From contig MU053304.1 in NCBI GenBank assembly GCA_013239625.1, forward strand, positions 1,798,001 through 1,862,000: DNA of 64,000 nt. The letters run 5' to 3'. Origin of the DNA: Lama guanicoe. Lineage: Eukaryota. Below are positions 47,901 through 61,972 of this stretch, in pieces. The notes beneath the pieces were generated by a model. It did not search any database. It had not been told where the DNA came from and saw only the letters and a program-made list of their open reading frames with translations. Made by a program: the position numbers and the translations under genes. How positions within the stretch are numbered: the stretch's first letter is position 1; the number at the start of each line of letters is the position of its first letter.

Positions 47901-50900
47901 TGAAACTGTGCTTTTTATCACGAGCTTTATAAAATTGTTTTTGGAAATGGGGGTTGAAGAGATACCCATGATTTGTTTTAGAGTTTCCCCAGTTGTTCAA
48001 GATTCGTGATCACCATTAGATAGAACGAGAAGGGGGAGGTAAAGGAGGAGGAGTTTTGAGTGGGGAAGGGAAGAGAATATCATATAATTGAAGGACATTA
48101 TGAGCAAAAGTGGGAGGTGGGACTTGAGCAGGAGTCTGTGAGGTGAGCAGTTGGGCTATTAGGGGAAGTCATGGAAAATAGGGTAGGAAACCCCCTGCTG
48201 AGAGGAGCTAAGGCGGGCCTGGGAGTCGGGGTTTGGAGAGCATGTCCATTTAGTAATAGGTTAGGTGGGCTCTGAGGAATTGAGGGTTTTGAACAGAGGT
48301 GGGAAAAGAGAAGACTGTGACGTAGAATGCTTATCTGCAGAGCATGATGACTGGAAGTGAGCTGAGATTAGAATGGAAAGGCCAGCTAATAGAAGGTTGT
48401 CTATATTAGCTGATAGAGGCCTAGATTTGCAGAGCTGGAGAGGGAAAGCACTCTGAGCTACGATGTTTAACCAAAAAAAGAGCGACCCAAAGCATTTTTC
48501 TGACACTCCTTCAACCTCGTGTCAAAGAAGATTCCAGAGCAGACAGTGTCAGAAATTCATGTGCAGTCCTATTCCAGTTTGACTTCAGATCCAGCTCGGC
48601 ATTGCCTTGGTAGACTGTTTATATCTAACACTGAGTAGGGCGAAAATACTAAGCTCTGACATTTTGGCATTCTTTGTTCTTACTTTAATATTGCTTATAA
48701 CTATTTGAGGTCAACATTCACTGTAAATTCAAATATATATTTTTTATTACACTGCTAATCATATCCTCCCAATGTTACACTTTCTCACAGATGCTTTAGA
48801 GAATCATTTTAAAAATGTTGGCGTTTTTGGCAGTTTTAAGTCTCAGCTTTTGGTAGCTGGCCCGTTTCCTCGCTCTTTGTGGCGCTCTGGGGCTGGCCAG
48901 CTTCGTCCGCCATCAGCCTTGCGCATTAGTGGGGTTGGTGATCAGCCTTTGGAACAAAGACTTTCCTGGAATCCCCTGGCGCTATAGCTTTCTTTCTTTG
49001 GGATCCCTTTTTAATTAGTGTCTTCAGCCTGGCAAGATTTGCTGTCTCCAATTCATTTTCTTCCCTTGATGACTTGTCTTACGATCGCCGTGCGGGCGAT
49101 CTTGTGAGGGCTTCTTTCTTAGCTTTTTCATAGGCTTTCAGAATCGGAGCTAGCTGGGCGAGGGCCTCAGCTGTTATGTAAGAAGAAATAAGCCTTAATG
49201 AAGATCACGTGGCCCAAGGACATGTGACCCAATTAGCTGGTTCTCAGGAGCTGTTCCACAAAGGAAAGGGCCTGCCTCGAAGCTGCTTGAGTGATTTGGC
49301 TAAAGGCGGGGGTGGGGGTGGGGGTGAGGTGGCAGGGGGAGGAGGAGGGGAGAGTTTTACTACCTTTTCTGATAAAGAATTCTGAAATTTGCTCAGTGGA
49401 ATACATAGTTCAGTATAACTTTTTTGGGGGCACGGAGTCCAATTTTATTTCCTTTTTTCATTTCTTTAGAAATTTAGAATTATATATTATTAGAGCTTAG
49501 AGGAAAATTCTGTCAAGAAGCTGGTAAGACAGAGTAAGAAACCAGGTGTCCGCCGCAGGCCCAGTGCTTTTCACTGCAGGGCTCCGTGGCCGCAGGCCAG
49601 AGTGCTCTGAAAGTGTCTTTTCTTCTACCCAGTCAAGGAATGCAGTCATCTTTGCAGAGTGCCTTGTTTTCACTTTGGACGCCTTTGTTTTGAAGGAAGG
49701 CAAAGTGAAATAGACTTACCGTGGACATCGGGATCAATTCCTGGATCCTTGATTTATCAAAGTTGAATTATTGAGCTTCTTTGTGCTTCTGCCTGCCTGT
49801 CTGGGAGCTGTGAGGTGGGCATAACAAGTTGGTCCTTTAGGTCAGCTTTTTACGTTGCTTCCAGAATGGGGCCCCACCCGGAGGGCTCCGTCCTCGGCCT
49901 GACCATCCCTGATGCGCTGGGGGGTGCTTCCCGCCTGTGAGCGTGTGCGTGGTGGCTCTCGGTGAAAGCTGTATTTACTGCAGCGATTTTTCTTTGATTG
50001 CTGAAGTTGGGTAAACTGCTTCCTCCAAGTATACTTTGGGAGGAAATTCCTCTTCCGTTTGGAATAAATCCGTATTGAATAGAAATCTTGGCAGCTGAAT
50101 AAAATACAAATGCATAAGATTTTGCGAATCCCCTCAAAATCCATGCAAGGCAAGAACCAAAATGTGAGCAGGGATAATGAAGCGATTACTGGTACGATGC
50201 CAGTTAACTCCAAGGACTTTTTTCAGTGTCAGATTCATCTTGAATATTGAGGTCAGAAGTGGGGATACAGCTGTCGAGGCCCAGAACTCCTGTGGAATCC
50301 TTTGGTAATTTATTCTTTGAGGCCACCTTATAGTTGAAGCTGCATTTCAAATAGGCAGCAATTACCACCCCCTCATCCTGCATACGGAATACAAGATGGG
50401 TCCACGGTGGAGTTCTGGTGGCTGTGAATGGAAGCCGACCATCACGTGTTGCTAAAGAATTGTTGCACATTTATTTTTCTACTTCCTGTAACCCACAAGG
50501 ACAAATTAAAAAACCAACTGTATCCCCTGGTGTGCCAGCACTGTCCTTAAATCTTAACTGGTCTCTGATGAGTGACTCATGATACATTTTGCACTTCATC
50601 TCCTGGATGCGCTAGTGAAGATGCTAGATAACAAGGCGAGATGTAAACAGCTGGCACTTCTGCTTTGCATAGTACAAGCGAGATTTTGTCTTACTGATAT
50701 TACTTCAAAAATGTTTGCATAAAAATGAGACTGAAAATGGAAATCTCTTTGGGAAAGGAAGGCTTGATTTTATATTCATTTAGGTTGTCTGTGCAGTGGG
50801 GGGGGGTCCAAGTAAGTCAGATTATAATTCCCTCAAGAATGCAACATGCAAACCATTTTGTTTAGATACGTGATGACTGGTTTGATTGTGTACTCAGGAA

Positions 50901-51724
50901 GTGAATGCCATACAGGTCCTGGGTTGAATCAGGGAATGGAAAACAATTGCCTTGGGAATGATACGAATGTATTTGCCTTTAGCATTATGTTAAAACTCTT
51001 TTCTATTTGACTTGCAGCATAAAATGGTGCTTTAATTGAGAGGAAGCTTGTGTTTGCAAAATTACAAATTGATTCCATTCTCCACTGCCCTTCCTTTTTT
51101 GGTGGTTCAAAGAAAGAGCTAAGAATTAAACTGCAGTGGATTTTTCCTTTTGGGTTTTTCCTTGATCAAAGCTGAAAGTTGCTTTCAATCCAGTTCAATT
51201 GATCCAACATCTACTTGGGGTGAAGCACTGGGGAGGCCCAACGTAGGTTTTCTCAGAAGAATGCCGGCAGCACAGTCTTAGAATTGCAGGGGTCTTAGTG
51301 ATTGTCTGGTCCAACCCTCTTGTGCTACAGGCTAATAAACCAAGGTCCAGAATAGGCAGAACAGATCAAGATCAAAGCTCAGCTTTCTTATTTTAGTTCA
51401 GTCCAATCAATGTCAGTACATTGGTCCACTTTATTGTTCTCTCACTCTGATAGGTCTACCTGATTTCACAGGTTAATTTGCTTTTGCATCCTGCTTAACA
51501 GGTTTTGAAGCTTGGTTACTCAAAGACTGGTTTGGTTTAGCTCTGTTGATCTGGTAAGTCTGCTGTGCCTGTTCTGGTCAGCAGAGGCCTGAGAGATGGG
51601 TATTGTTCTTGGCTTTTTAAGAGGCCGGGCTGGTTCTAGATTACGAGGGAACCTTAGACTGGAGGCCCTGAAGTGGGAGAGGAGGTGAAATGAGTGTTTG
51701 CTTCCTTCCTCAGCATCCATGCAT

Positions 51725-51925
51725 GGAAAGAGCATGGCTTTTGGACCTAGATCCCCTGGCTCCATGTCTTGGCTCCGCAACTTACTGCAACCCTGAGCAA
51801 GTCATTTTGCCTCTTTATGCTTCAGTTTCCTCATCTGTAAAATGGGAGCAGCATTATTAGTAATTTATTGCATATAATACCCTTAGAACAGTACCTGCGG
51901 ATAACGAAAGTCCGCTGAAGTTCCT
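51725..51925 (+). mobile_element. MIR
   Basis: ctgagcaagtcatttt..ctct...ttcagtttcctcatctgtaaaatggg. Confidence 0.7.
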
Positions 51926-52377
51926 CATTACTCTCTTTGCGCCTGCCTTTGTCTGTCAAAAAGCGTACCCTCTCGCGTAACACTGCTCTGGTCTCGGAGT
52001 CAGTGAACTAAGTATAGCCTGCATCTCCACGGGGCGCAGTGGCCTTGGACGTCTTTACTGTGCCGACACGGAAAGTCTGCCCTAGTTCCTCTGATGACTT
52101 TGTGCTCTTCTCTAACCAGTGAGATTATTGATTTTCTTTGTCAACCTAGCACTCTGGGGAGTAGTGCGCTCTGCAAAATTGACACAAATATGACTGAATT
52201 TAGTGCTATAGGTTATTACAAGTCTTTGGCTCTAACCATATGATGCTAAACCAAACATTAATTGAGTTTAAAAATCTATCAAATGATTTGATGTCATGGA
52301 CAGGAAAAGTCAGTTTCTCCATTTCTAGATCTTGGTATTGCATCATGAGGATGCAGCCAAGGAGTTTCATTTCTCTC

Positions 52378-52511
52378 TCTTCTTTTTTTTTTTTTTAACA
52401 TTTTTTATTGATTTATAATCATTTTACTATGTTGTGTCAAATTCCAGTGTAGAGCACAATTTTTCAGCTATACATGAACATACATATATTCATTGTCACA
52501 TTTTTTTCCTC
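52378..52511 (-). mobile_element. Young L1 3' end with TSD
   Basis: TSD TCATTTCTCTC at 52367-52377 and 52512-52522; T-tail; near-identical to 23433-23550. Confidence 0.88.
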
Positions 52512-53687
52512 TCATTTCTCTCCTGATTATGAATCATGAGTCCTAACACCAGTAAGTCATGCAGTTGGATGGCATTTCCTCCACTTTTTGCAAAGGGGGT
52601 CACTATGGAATGATGGCATCTGAATATTCCACTTCAACATTTAATTAAAAAACAGGTTTGCACTCCTGCTGTCTTATGTTATTTACTCTGCTTTTAAGGT
52701 TAAATTTGGTAGGTTTGACTTTATGCTGCATTATAAATCATATGTTTGCTTACTTTCTTAACATTTGGTTTCTTTTCATGAGCATCTTTTTTATGAGGTC
52801 TTCTCTTTAGTCTCCTTGATATTTTATGTTTGACTGAGGACCATGGTCCAGGCCACCTTTCTTTGGATCGTCCATAAAGAACTTAATTCTGAATAACCAG
52901 TTAAAATCAGATTTCATTTTCTGTTTTTGATAGTTCATGATCTTGGAACTTTAGGGTTCAATAGGCGATGGCTCCTGGGTTCCATGGGAAGCCTCAGCAC
53001 ATACTGTTCTGCTGCAGGGAACTGTGCGCAGAGTGACCAGTTTTTTGTCCCAGGCTGTTATGTAGGAGACTGGGAAAATAGTTTTCCATTTGTACCTGGT
53101 TATAAAATCTCAGTAACTGTGGCTATGTCATCATTACGAACTGCTGCTCGTAGCCACCTTCACAACCACCACGATGTCTTTAGCATGCATAAAGGACTTT
53201 GTTTCATTCTTTGAAGAAGCATTTGCCGTGCAAGGCAATATTCTACGCGCTTAGGATTCATCAATAAACGGAACAGGTGAAAGTCCCTTCCCTGATGGAA
53301 CTGACATTCTAGCAGGGCTGAGGGATTTGGGGGCGAAGAGGCTGTGGTTTGAAGAGATGCAAGAAGCAGAATAATTAGGGTTTCCAGCAGCATCTCCACG
53401 TTAGCTTGTTATTTATTTTCTCTTAATTTAAATTATTTTTATTTAATGGAGCAATCTTTCTTCTGACAGGCTGCTGTCTTCAACAAACTCCACACGAGCA
53501 GCTTTAAGACATAGCTTCCTCTTTGGGATTGAGTTTCTGGCAATTGCTGAATGTAGCTGTAGGGTTTCCCTAGGTCAAGGCTAGTGGGTTGACCACCCTC
53601 TCCACCTGTCCCCACTGATCAGAGGTAGAACCAATCACCACGTTTTAACTTTCTGCTAATCATGCTGGGGCATAGCTTCAGATGTGT

Positions 53688-54061
53688 TGTTGGAAGAGGT
53701 CATTGAGAAGATGGGACTGCTGGTTGACCAGCAAGCTGGAACCAGGCATTCAGAAGCTCTTCTCCCTTCTCCTGCCCTGGGAATTCTGCCCACTGTTCCC
53801 ACAGTAGAAGCTGTTCCAAGGACATAGCCCTGAGAGAGTAAGGTGTTGTTAAGACCATCTGGATTGTATAGGTGGCTGAACTCCGTTAAGCCCTCTGTAT
53901 AAACTCTTAGGAGTCTGGCAGTGGCTGCAGGCCCCCAAGACAAGCCTTATGTGTAAGTTCCCTGGCTTACTAAACCTGCCACTTGACAATCTGAAGCAGC
54001 CTGCCTCTTTCTTGGGTCTCTCCTTGCCCTCAGTGTATAGGGGCCAGTTTGTGAACCAACG
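53688..54061 (+). mobile_element. Solo LTR, ERVL-like (copy 3 of 3)
   Basis: TGTTGG...CCAAC(G) inverted termini, 5-bp TSD TGTGT/TATGT, internal TATAAA. Confidence 0.75.
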
Positions 54062-54394
54062 TATGTGCATGAATTCATTAGTATCACATGGGACAGTTGC
54101 ATCACAGGTTAGGGTGACGTGATGGTGGTATTTTCTGCCCACCCATGTCTGTGATGGGACCACTTTTCCACCAGGCTTGGGGAACAGAATCTTAGAAAAA
54201 GTCATGAGATTGATAGATGCCAAATTCTCTGTCACTTCAGGAGTACATATGTAGTCCATTAAAATAAGTCATTTAAAACTGTCAGCTCTTCTGTAAGATG
54301 GGCCAGAGTGTAGCCCAACTACTTTATTTGAGTTCTGTCTGTCTCTGTACCTAGGGCATGAGCACAGGTGTGGTGAATACAGTAAGATGCAGGC

Positions 54395-54520
54395 ATAATA
54401 TAGGAATTAAATTAATATAATAATATTATATGATATGTTATATATTGTATACATAATACAATATGGTAACATATAGTATGTCATATAGTATATGGGATAT
54501 ATCACATACAGTAACATATA
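54395..54520. repeat. AT-rich low-complexity region
   Basis: Degenerate (TA/TAT) runs. Confidence 0.8.
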
Positions 54521-54599
54521 GAACAGGTTGCTGTGCTGAATAATAGTAGAATTTCAGCTCTGGAGGGATCTCAGAGGTTCTTTAGATTAGTTGTCTTTT

Positions 54600-54749
54600 T
54601 CAAAATTTTTATTTATTTCTTATTCTTTTTTGGGGGGGTGGGTAATTAGATTTTTATTTATACATTTTAAGGGAGGTGTTGGGGATTGAACCCAGGACCT
54701 TGTGCGTGCTAGATGTGCACTCTACCACTGAGCTATTCCACTCTCCCCA
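54600..54749 (-). mobile_element. Vic-1-like SINE
   Basis: ggtaattaga...ggggattgaacccaggaccttgtgcgtgctag...ctctaccactgagcta; imperfect TSD AGA..AGTTGT.TTT. Confidence 0.88.
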
Positions 54750-56609
54750 GACCAGTTGTTTTTAACCTGAGATCTGTGGCTCCTTTTGAACACCACTGAA
54801 TTGATCCTGAACATCAGTGTTTGTGTGGAGACATCCTTAACTTACATCAGATTCTCAAAGACTGTTTAAGAAATGCTCGTGGAGACCAGATCTAAGCAGT
54901 AAAAGTACTGACTTCCTCAAGGTCACACGGTTTTTGGCAGCCTTGGTCCAGGACTTACAATTTGGATCTTGTGACCAGATTACAAATTAGAAATACTTAT
55001 ATCATGGGGAGGTTAAATTAGGCCACATGTTTCTGTCCTACATAAATATCAAATGCTTGTGAATGTCAGGAGCTGGGGACTTGCTGCTGAATGGGGTAGG
55101 AAGCTGTCCTTTTTTGCAAATGTAAGCTGTTAACAGAGCTTTTCAGAATCGTTTTGAAATTGTTAGTAATTTATAGGTGTGTCTATAGCAACTATGGAAA
55201 GGAATAAACATTTTGTTTAAAAACTTTTTAAATGGCTTAAAAATCTAGTTCTCCTGTGTGGCCCCTGTTTCCAATGTTTACTGAAGTCCAGTTTCAGACA
55301 CCTTGAAAGGATACCCCATCCTTGTCTTAGGACAAAGAAACACACTCTTGTTCAGCTTTGAAACTCCAGGCTGCCTCTGTAAGCTGTAGCGTTTCTTCGT
55401 CAGTGATGGCGAGCTCTGGGTGCTGCAGAATCCTGATAATGAGTGTCGGTTCTATGTAGGTCACTGCATCCTTCAGGACAAAATTCAGACATAGGAAAGT
55501 GATATGTCAAAAAAAAAAAAGTATCACATTTCTTTCAATAGAAAGCTGGCTAATTTTGAAAGCTCTATTTTTTTCAAGGTCTACGTTTTAAACCTCCTAT
55601 TATAATTTTATTTTTAATGACGTGTTGTACAATTTGAACTACAAAAGTTGTGTCCAGTTTTCTCCAACCTTGATAGCCTTAGGAATCAGCCAGAATGTGT
55701 CTAATGGTTCCTAAAACCAAAAAAATAAGGGATCAAGACAAGATATTTTCTGATTAGATTTTTGGTGTGTGGGCACTGATTCTTTGAATCGGTTGTCATT
55801 TGGATTAGGGAGTAAAATACATCTGTTTATCCAAGGTCCTTCTGATGGGCAGTTGGAAAATAAAAAAAACCCCTCCTTCAGAATGCCCCCAAATAACAGG
55901 CACTTTGTTGGTGCGCTTTACTGAATGAGTTCGTTTGTGTTGAATGAATGAACGACGAGTCTTCATTTTTAATTTGTGTGGCCGTTGGAAGCACTGTTCC
56001 AAGATTCAACAAGACATCACCGTGGAGCGGTCCTGCTTGGGTAGAAGGGCCTGTAGAAGGCTGCCGCTTTTGTCCCGGGGTACCTGAGGGCTCTTCAGAG
56101 GAAGGGCACGTTCATTATCACCCAGATCCAAGGCCCCTGGGCAACTTGCACCCTCAACCGGAGTGAATGGGACCAATAGTGTCAGTTGGATGTTCTGGCT
56201 TCTCTGACATCTTCAGGCAGAATAAAAGCTGCTTCAGAGGACACCTGGATAAAATTTGCATATGTTAAGGTCATGTCGTCGGGTGAGAGAAAGAGAATAG
56301 GGGAAACAGCAAAGCCAGACACCTCCACGTCTACAGCTGGGGCGCCTGTGAAGGCTAGACTCACAGACAGCTAAAGTGACCGGAACCTTCCTCCCCAGCC
56401 CGGAAGAGAGGGGGCTTCCGAGACCTCCAGCTGATTGTGTGTGACTTCAGCAGCACTCTGTTTAATTCCAATTTAACTCCTGGTTTTCCTTTTTTTTTCC
56501 TCTTCTTGTCCTCATATCATTGGCTTACGAAGTTTTAAATGTTTCTAAGGCCCATAAGGCAGAACTAGTTTTTATGTTTAATTCCCATGCAATTCACTTG
56601 AAATGCAGG

Positions 56610-57196
56610 TGTGATGGTTAATTTTATGTGTCAACTTGACTGAGCTAAATCTGATGCTCAGATTGCTGGGGAAAAAAAATATTTCTATGTATGTCTGTGA
56701 GGGTGTTTCCAGAAGAGATTAGCATTTGAATCAGTAGACTTTGTGTAAAGACATATCATTTTGGGAGGCAATGTGGGTAGTCGTTGTCCAATCCATTGAA
56801 GGCCCAAGTAGAACAAAAGTTAGAAGAAGGGCAGATATGCTCTCTGCTTGAGCTGGGACACCCAGCTTCTCCTGCCCTTGGGCATCCGTGGTTCTGGTTC
56901 TTGGGCATTTGGACTCAGACCTGGACTTACACCATTGTTCCCCTACTCCCTTTTGGGGCCTTTGAACTTGGATTTATACCACTGATTCCTCTGGTTCTCA
57001 GGGCTTCAGACTCAGACTGAATTACTCTACTGCTTTCGTGGATCTTCAGCTTATGGATGGCAGGTCGTGGGGCCTCTCAGCCCCCATAATCGCATAAGCC
57101 AGTTCCTATAATACATCTGCTCTTCCATCTGTCTGTCTGTCTATCCATTCATCCATCCTATTGGTTCTGTTTCTCTGGAGAGCTCTAACTCATATA
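56610..57196 (+). mobile_element. MLT2 (ERVL) solo LTR
   Basis: Begins tgtgatggttaattttatgtgtcaacttgact and ends cctattggttctgtttctctggagagctctaact, the typical MLT2 termini. Confidence 0.88.
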
Positions 57197-58256
57197 GTAA
57201 GCATGCCTGAAAATTAGAGAGTAGCAGGCCTGGCTCCATTCTTGTACTTCTGAATGAATTTTTCCTTTACTCTGAATTTGGAAGAGGGGCTGGCTGGTGT
57301 GTTACAGGTCTGCTTATCCACACCAGGCAGGTATTTTTAGCTCTGGACAGAGAAGCTGCTTTGAGGGTCTGGACACAAAAACTAGGCATGTTTCCAAAAA
57401 TAATGAGTCATTCCAAAAATCGCAGTCTTGTATACCACTGTCTTGTCATGTCGTAGGTACTAAGCAAACATTTGAATGAATGATGGCTGCTGTTCAGCCA
57501 CCCACAATAAAGCATCATGGGGGTAAATATCTTTAGGATTGTAATGACTTCTATTTTATTACTTACGTAATGTTGAAATTGAAAAATCGTTGCCTTCCTT
57601 TTTTTTCGGAAAGTAAATGAATTTGCATTACAGTTTCATCACTCCAGGACATCAAAACATCTCAAAAACGCATTTCCTGAAATTAAACTCCTCCTGTGAG
57701 AATTAATGAATACGTGCTTAGGTGTGATTGTGGGAATGAAGTTGATAATTTTAAGTATTATAAATAGAAGTGTGGATAGCAAAAATGTGAATTGTCTTAA
57801 TTAAACAAGAAGTTTACAGAGGAAAACACGTTCAAAGAGCTTGATGCCATTAGCAGTGAGCTTTTCTTTTATTTATGAATTCTTGGCATTCACGTTGATG
57901 GTGGCTCTGAGTTGGAGCTCAGCCCAGGCTGAGTCGTGGGGAACGTATCTCACCATCGGTCTGCCTGGAACCATGCACTTTTACAAGGATGATCGCCTTT
58001 ATTCCCAATGACACTGTGAGGGAGGAACTGTTTTTATCGCCCACCTATTTGGAGATGACACTGAGGCACAGAAAGTTTAAGAAACATGTCTGAGGTCACA
58101 CAGCAAGTGATTGACAGAATCTGGGTGCAGCTTTGATCTCCTTATCTGAAAGCTTCTGCCACTCGGACACCTGCCTCCCACTAGCCCGCAGGTCATCATA
58201 GTGACCGCAGGCACAGGGTGGCTTTTCCCAGTTACTTCGTCAGTGGCCGAGGTGCT

Positions 58257-58570
58257 TGTGTTAGTTTCCTAGGACTGCAGTAACAAGCCACCACAAATGT
58301 GGTGGCTCAAAATAATGAGAATGGATTCTCTTACAGTTCTGGAGGCCGGAAGTTGGAGATCAAGGTGTGGGAGGGTCGTGCCCCCTCCAGACCCTCTAGG
58401 GGAGGGTCCTTCTTTGCCTTTTCCAGGGACTGGTGGTTCTTGGAGGTCCTTGGCTTGTTGTGGCGTAACTTAATCAGCACCTTCATCTTCACATGGGCCT
58501 TTACATGGCCTTCCCTGGGTCTCTGTGCCTCACCCATCCTCTCCCCGACCCCTTTCATCTCATCTCATCC
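58257..58570 (-). mobile_element. MLT1 MaLR LTR fragment
   Basis: tgtgttagtttcctagg.ctgc.gtaacaa...cttacagttctggaggcc.gaagt..gagatcaaggtgt. Confidence 0.8.
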
Positions 58571-58574
58571 CACT

Positions 58575-58850
58575 TATTTTATTTTTTTTAATTTTAATTT
58601 TTTATTGATGTCTAGTTGATGTACAATGTTGTATTATTTCCTGGGGCACAGTAAAGTAATTCAGTTATACATACACATATCTCCATGTATCTATTCTTTT
58701 TCAGATTCTTTTCCATTATAGTTAGTTACAAGATATTGAGTACAATTCCCTGTGCCTCACAGTAGGTTCTTGTTGTTTATCTATTTTGTATATAGTAATG
58801 TGTATTTGTTAGTCCCAAATTCTTAATTTATCCCTCCCCTGCCCTTCCTA
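58575..58850 (-). mobile_element. L1 3' end
   Basis: tttttattgatgtctagttgatgtacaatgttgt...ttccctgtgc...acagtagg...ttgttgtttatctattttgtatatagt. Confidence 0.85.
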
Positions 58851-61800
58851 GGACATTCTGATTTGACCTCAAAGATGTGTAATCTGTTAATTTGATGGTA
58901 GTTTCTGTAGCTAAGAACTACGTGGTCTTGTTGTGGGGATTGGAACCTTCTATTCCAATCCAAAATCTGAGATTTGTCTGACCTGCAAGGTTAACTCAAG
59001 GGCCAGATGGTTGGAACTCAGGGCCGTCTTGGGAAAGGGTTCAACTGCCACAGCCATTGATAACCAACCAGATAAAATATACTCTCAGGATGGGGTTTCC
59101 AAAATTACTCTCCTTCGCCTCAGGCATTATTGTTATCTTTGTAATAAACACATAGCTAAATAAGACCAATACCCTTTGCCTAAACCTCCCTTTAAATACA
59201 GGTTTGAGTTAACCTTCCAAAATCTAAGCATGGATTTAAGGCAACCTCATGATTTTTATATTTTTCTTTGGCATCTGCAGCACAGCGAATTGTACAGCAG
59301 GAATTTTCAACCACTAGCCTGTTCTCACCCCCCATATTTTTTTCTTCTTTTGTTTACTTCCTCTTAGAATAACCAGATGGTGTGAGCCTTTCGAGGCACA
59401 TGCGAGGCTACGGGTGTCAAGACACGACAGGAAAAGGAAAGAAGTCACAGTCTTAGGAGGTGGATTTATGGAAGCATAGCAGGAGGAGGCCTTTTCTTTT
59501 GGGAGATGGTGGGGGGTGGTTTTGCTGTCGAATTTAGTGTAAAATGAGCCTCAGTGAATCTTTTTCTCGTCATTTTGAACTGCTCAGGAATAGTGGGAAA
59601 GGAGCGAAGACTCTTGGTTCGGGTAGGGAGCTGCTGAAGGTGGGGTGGATAGTCACAGTCATCTGCAATCAAGCTGTGCCTTGGTTTGTGTATTTATGAA
59701 AGGACTAGATGGTGCGGAAGATACCGGCCGTCCGCAGAGAAAGGTAACTGCAGATGGAGAACTTACTTACTTTTTATTTTCATGGCAAGTGGCTCAGGAG
59801 AAGCAGTGAGCTTCTGGCGGGCTTGGGGTTAACAATTCGCAACTCCACTAAGACAAAAACCTGCATTTGCTTTCATGGCTGACCATGGGGCCTGGGAGAG
59901 CTAACACCTTCCTGCTACTCTGCTGAAGATGCCTCAGCCTCGGCTCCCAGTCCCGGCGGGATTGGGGGCCAGCTGTCAGCAGCAGGGGCGCTGCCTCCCA
60001 GAGCCACAAATGACAGAGAATTTTCTCCGGAAACCTCTGACTTGGGCTCAAAGTGCTTCTAAGCTTCCATGTTTCACATGAAGAGACCTTTCAGAGTGCG
60101 AGGGGGAAGACAACAGAAGCTAATGGAAATGCTCACTGCGTGCTCACTGAGACGCGGGTCCAAATTAGCATGCTGGCGCCCGAGCTCCAACAAACTCCGG
60201 GGAGAAGAAGGATCTTGTGTTAGCGACTGAGCTAATCACCCGCGACCCCAGTCATTAACATACTCCCCGGCCCCGCCTCTCCGAGCTCCCTTCTGCACCA
60301 TGTGGACAGCTTTTCACAGCTTCTTTTCCATCTGCTGAAATAAACAATAGCCTTTACAACCAATGGAAAAAAGCAGCAGCAGGTGAAGCACTATTTTTAG
60401 ACATGCTGAAAGCTCAACTCTGATTACTGTATTTTCACACCTAAAACGCACAAGATGCGAGGCTGAAAAAAATGGATTTTTTGCCAGCGGCTGAGCTCAA
60501 GCTATCTGCTGTTTTTCGCTTGCTGCTTCCTGCCCGACACGTCTTGCTGTCACAGGAGATGGCCGGAGGGACAGCGGTCGGGTCACCTTTCGTGGCACCT
60601 CTCCCGTCCTCACCTAATGGCATTTTATAACAACTGCTGCTCTTCTCTCCCTCCTCTCTCTTTCACATTCTAGTGGAGAGATCTGCTTACTGTGCATTGA
60701 TGTGCGGGTGGTCCATGGTTCCGTCTTCTCTGCGATGTCCTGATATACACACCTGGTGTGCTTGCTGTGTCACATGGAGAACTTCACATGTTAGTTGGTT
60801 TTAGCTGTTCTCTCGTATATTCTGCAGAGTAAACCTGCAGGGTGGTGGTCTTCTCCATTGCACAGATGGAGAATGTGAGAACGAGGTCTCGGAGAGGGTG
60901 AGGGGCCTGCTCAGCCGACCTGCCTGGTCATGGCAGAACGTTGAGTCTGAACCCAGGTGTTTCTGATTCAGGACCTCACGCTCCCCTCACTTTTCCTGCT
61001 GCCTTTCTCGCTGACTTAATTTCAAATCATTCTTGGCTGCAGGGGGTGAGACTCCATTTTTCTTTTGATGTTTCTTTCTAGCTCTTTGATTCTATCATTA
61101 AGTAAATCTCTTCTGAGTACAGTTTTCCTTTTTTGGAGTGCTACAGTAATGACCGGTAATAGCTCAGATGTCAAATGCCTGCCATTTCCCTTTCCTAATT
61201 GAGACAAATCCATTATGTTCCCTGCTCGTTTTCCCTCTACCATCAGGGTGCCTGATCTGACTGTCCCTACCGCTGCTTTACGGCTGTGACGCTGAATCTT
61301 AAAAGCGTCGTGGTTGTTGGCACTTGGGCACTCGGGTTGTTCCGATGGATCGTATTAATCTGTATCCTGCTCTGTGTCAAGTCTCCTTTTGACTGCTCAT
61401 TGCTTCCTCATGACCCCTTTTGAAACTCAGGGACTTACTCTGCGATGTCACCTACAGAAGGTCCTTGAGGTCCCCTTGGCTATTATTGTGCTCATTCATT
61501 GTCTGGGAATAAAAGACTCCCCCATCTCTATCCTTCTAGATTCACTGTCCTTTATCCTCAGCTGCCCCGTGCTAAGTTACCTGAGACAGATCCCAGGGGG
61601 CAGCCCAAAAATAGGGCTCTCAGCTTGGGAACAGACTGAGATCTGAATGGGTCCTTCTCCACCCCCGCTTCCCAAAGAGGGTTTCCTCCTGCCATTCTGC
61701 TTCCTCTGAGACCCAGAAAATGTCTTGAGACCCTACAGAGCAAAAAATCAGAGAGTGATTCCAGAGCTTGGACGAAGACACTCAGGTATCCTCTGAGAAC

Positions 61801-61972
61801 TGCAGGAAAACAGAAGATTGAGACTTCACTCCTGGTTACCCCGTTTGTCCACGAGTCATTTGTAAATGCGGTCATGCCAACAAGAGTCCTTTGGTTGCAA
61901 GCAACAGAAATGGACCCATGTCGATTTAAAGGAATTGCCTGGACTGCAGAGCAGCTCACTGAATTGAAGATG

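Noticed and set aside
48780..49170. Possible processed pseudogene (Lys-rich on the minus strand)
   Set aside because: Manual reading gave no recognisable protein, and there is no poly(A) tail or TSD.
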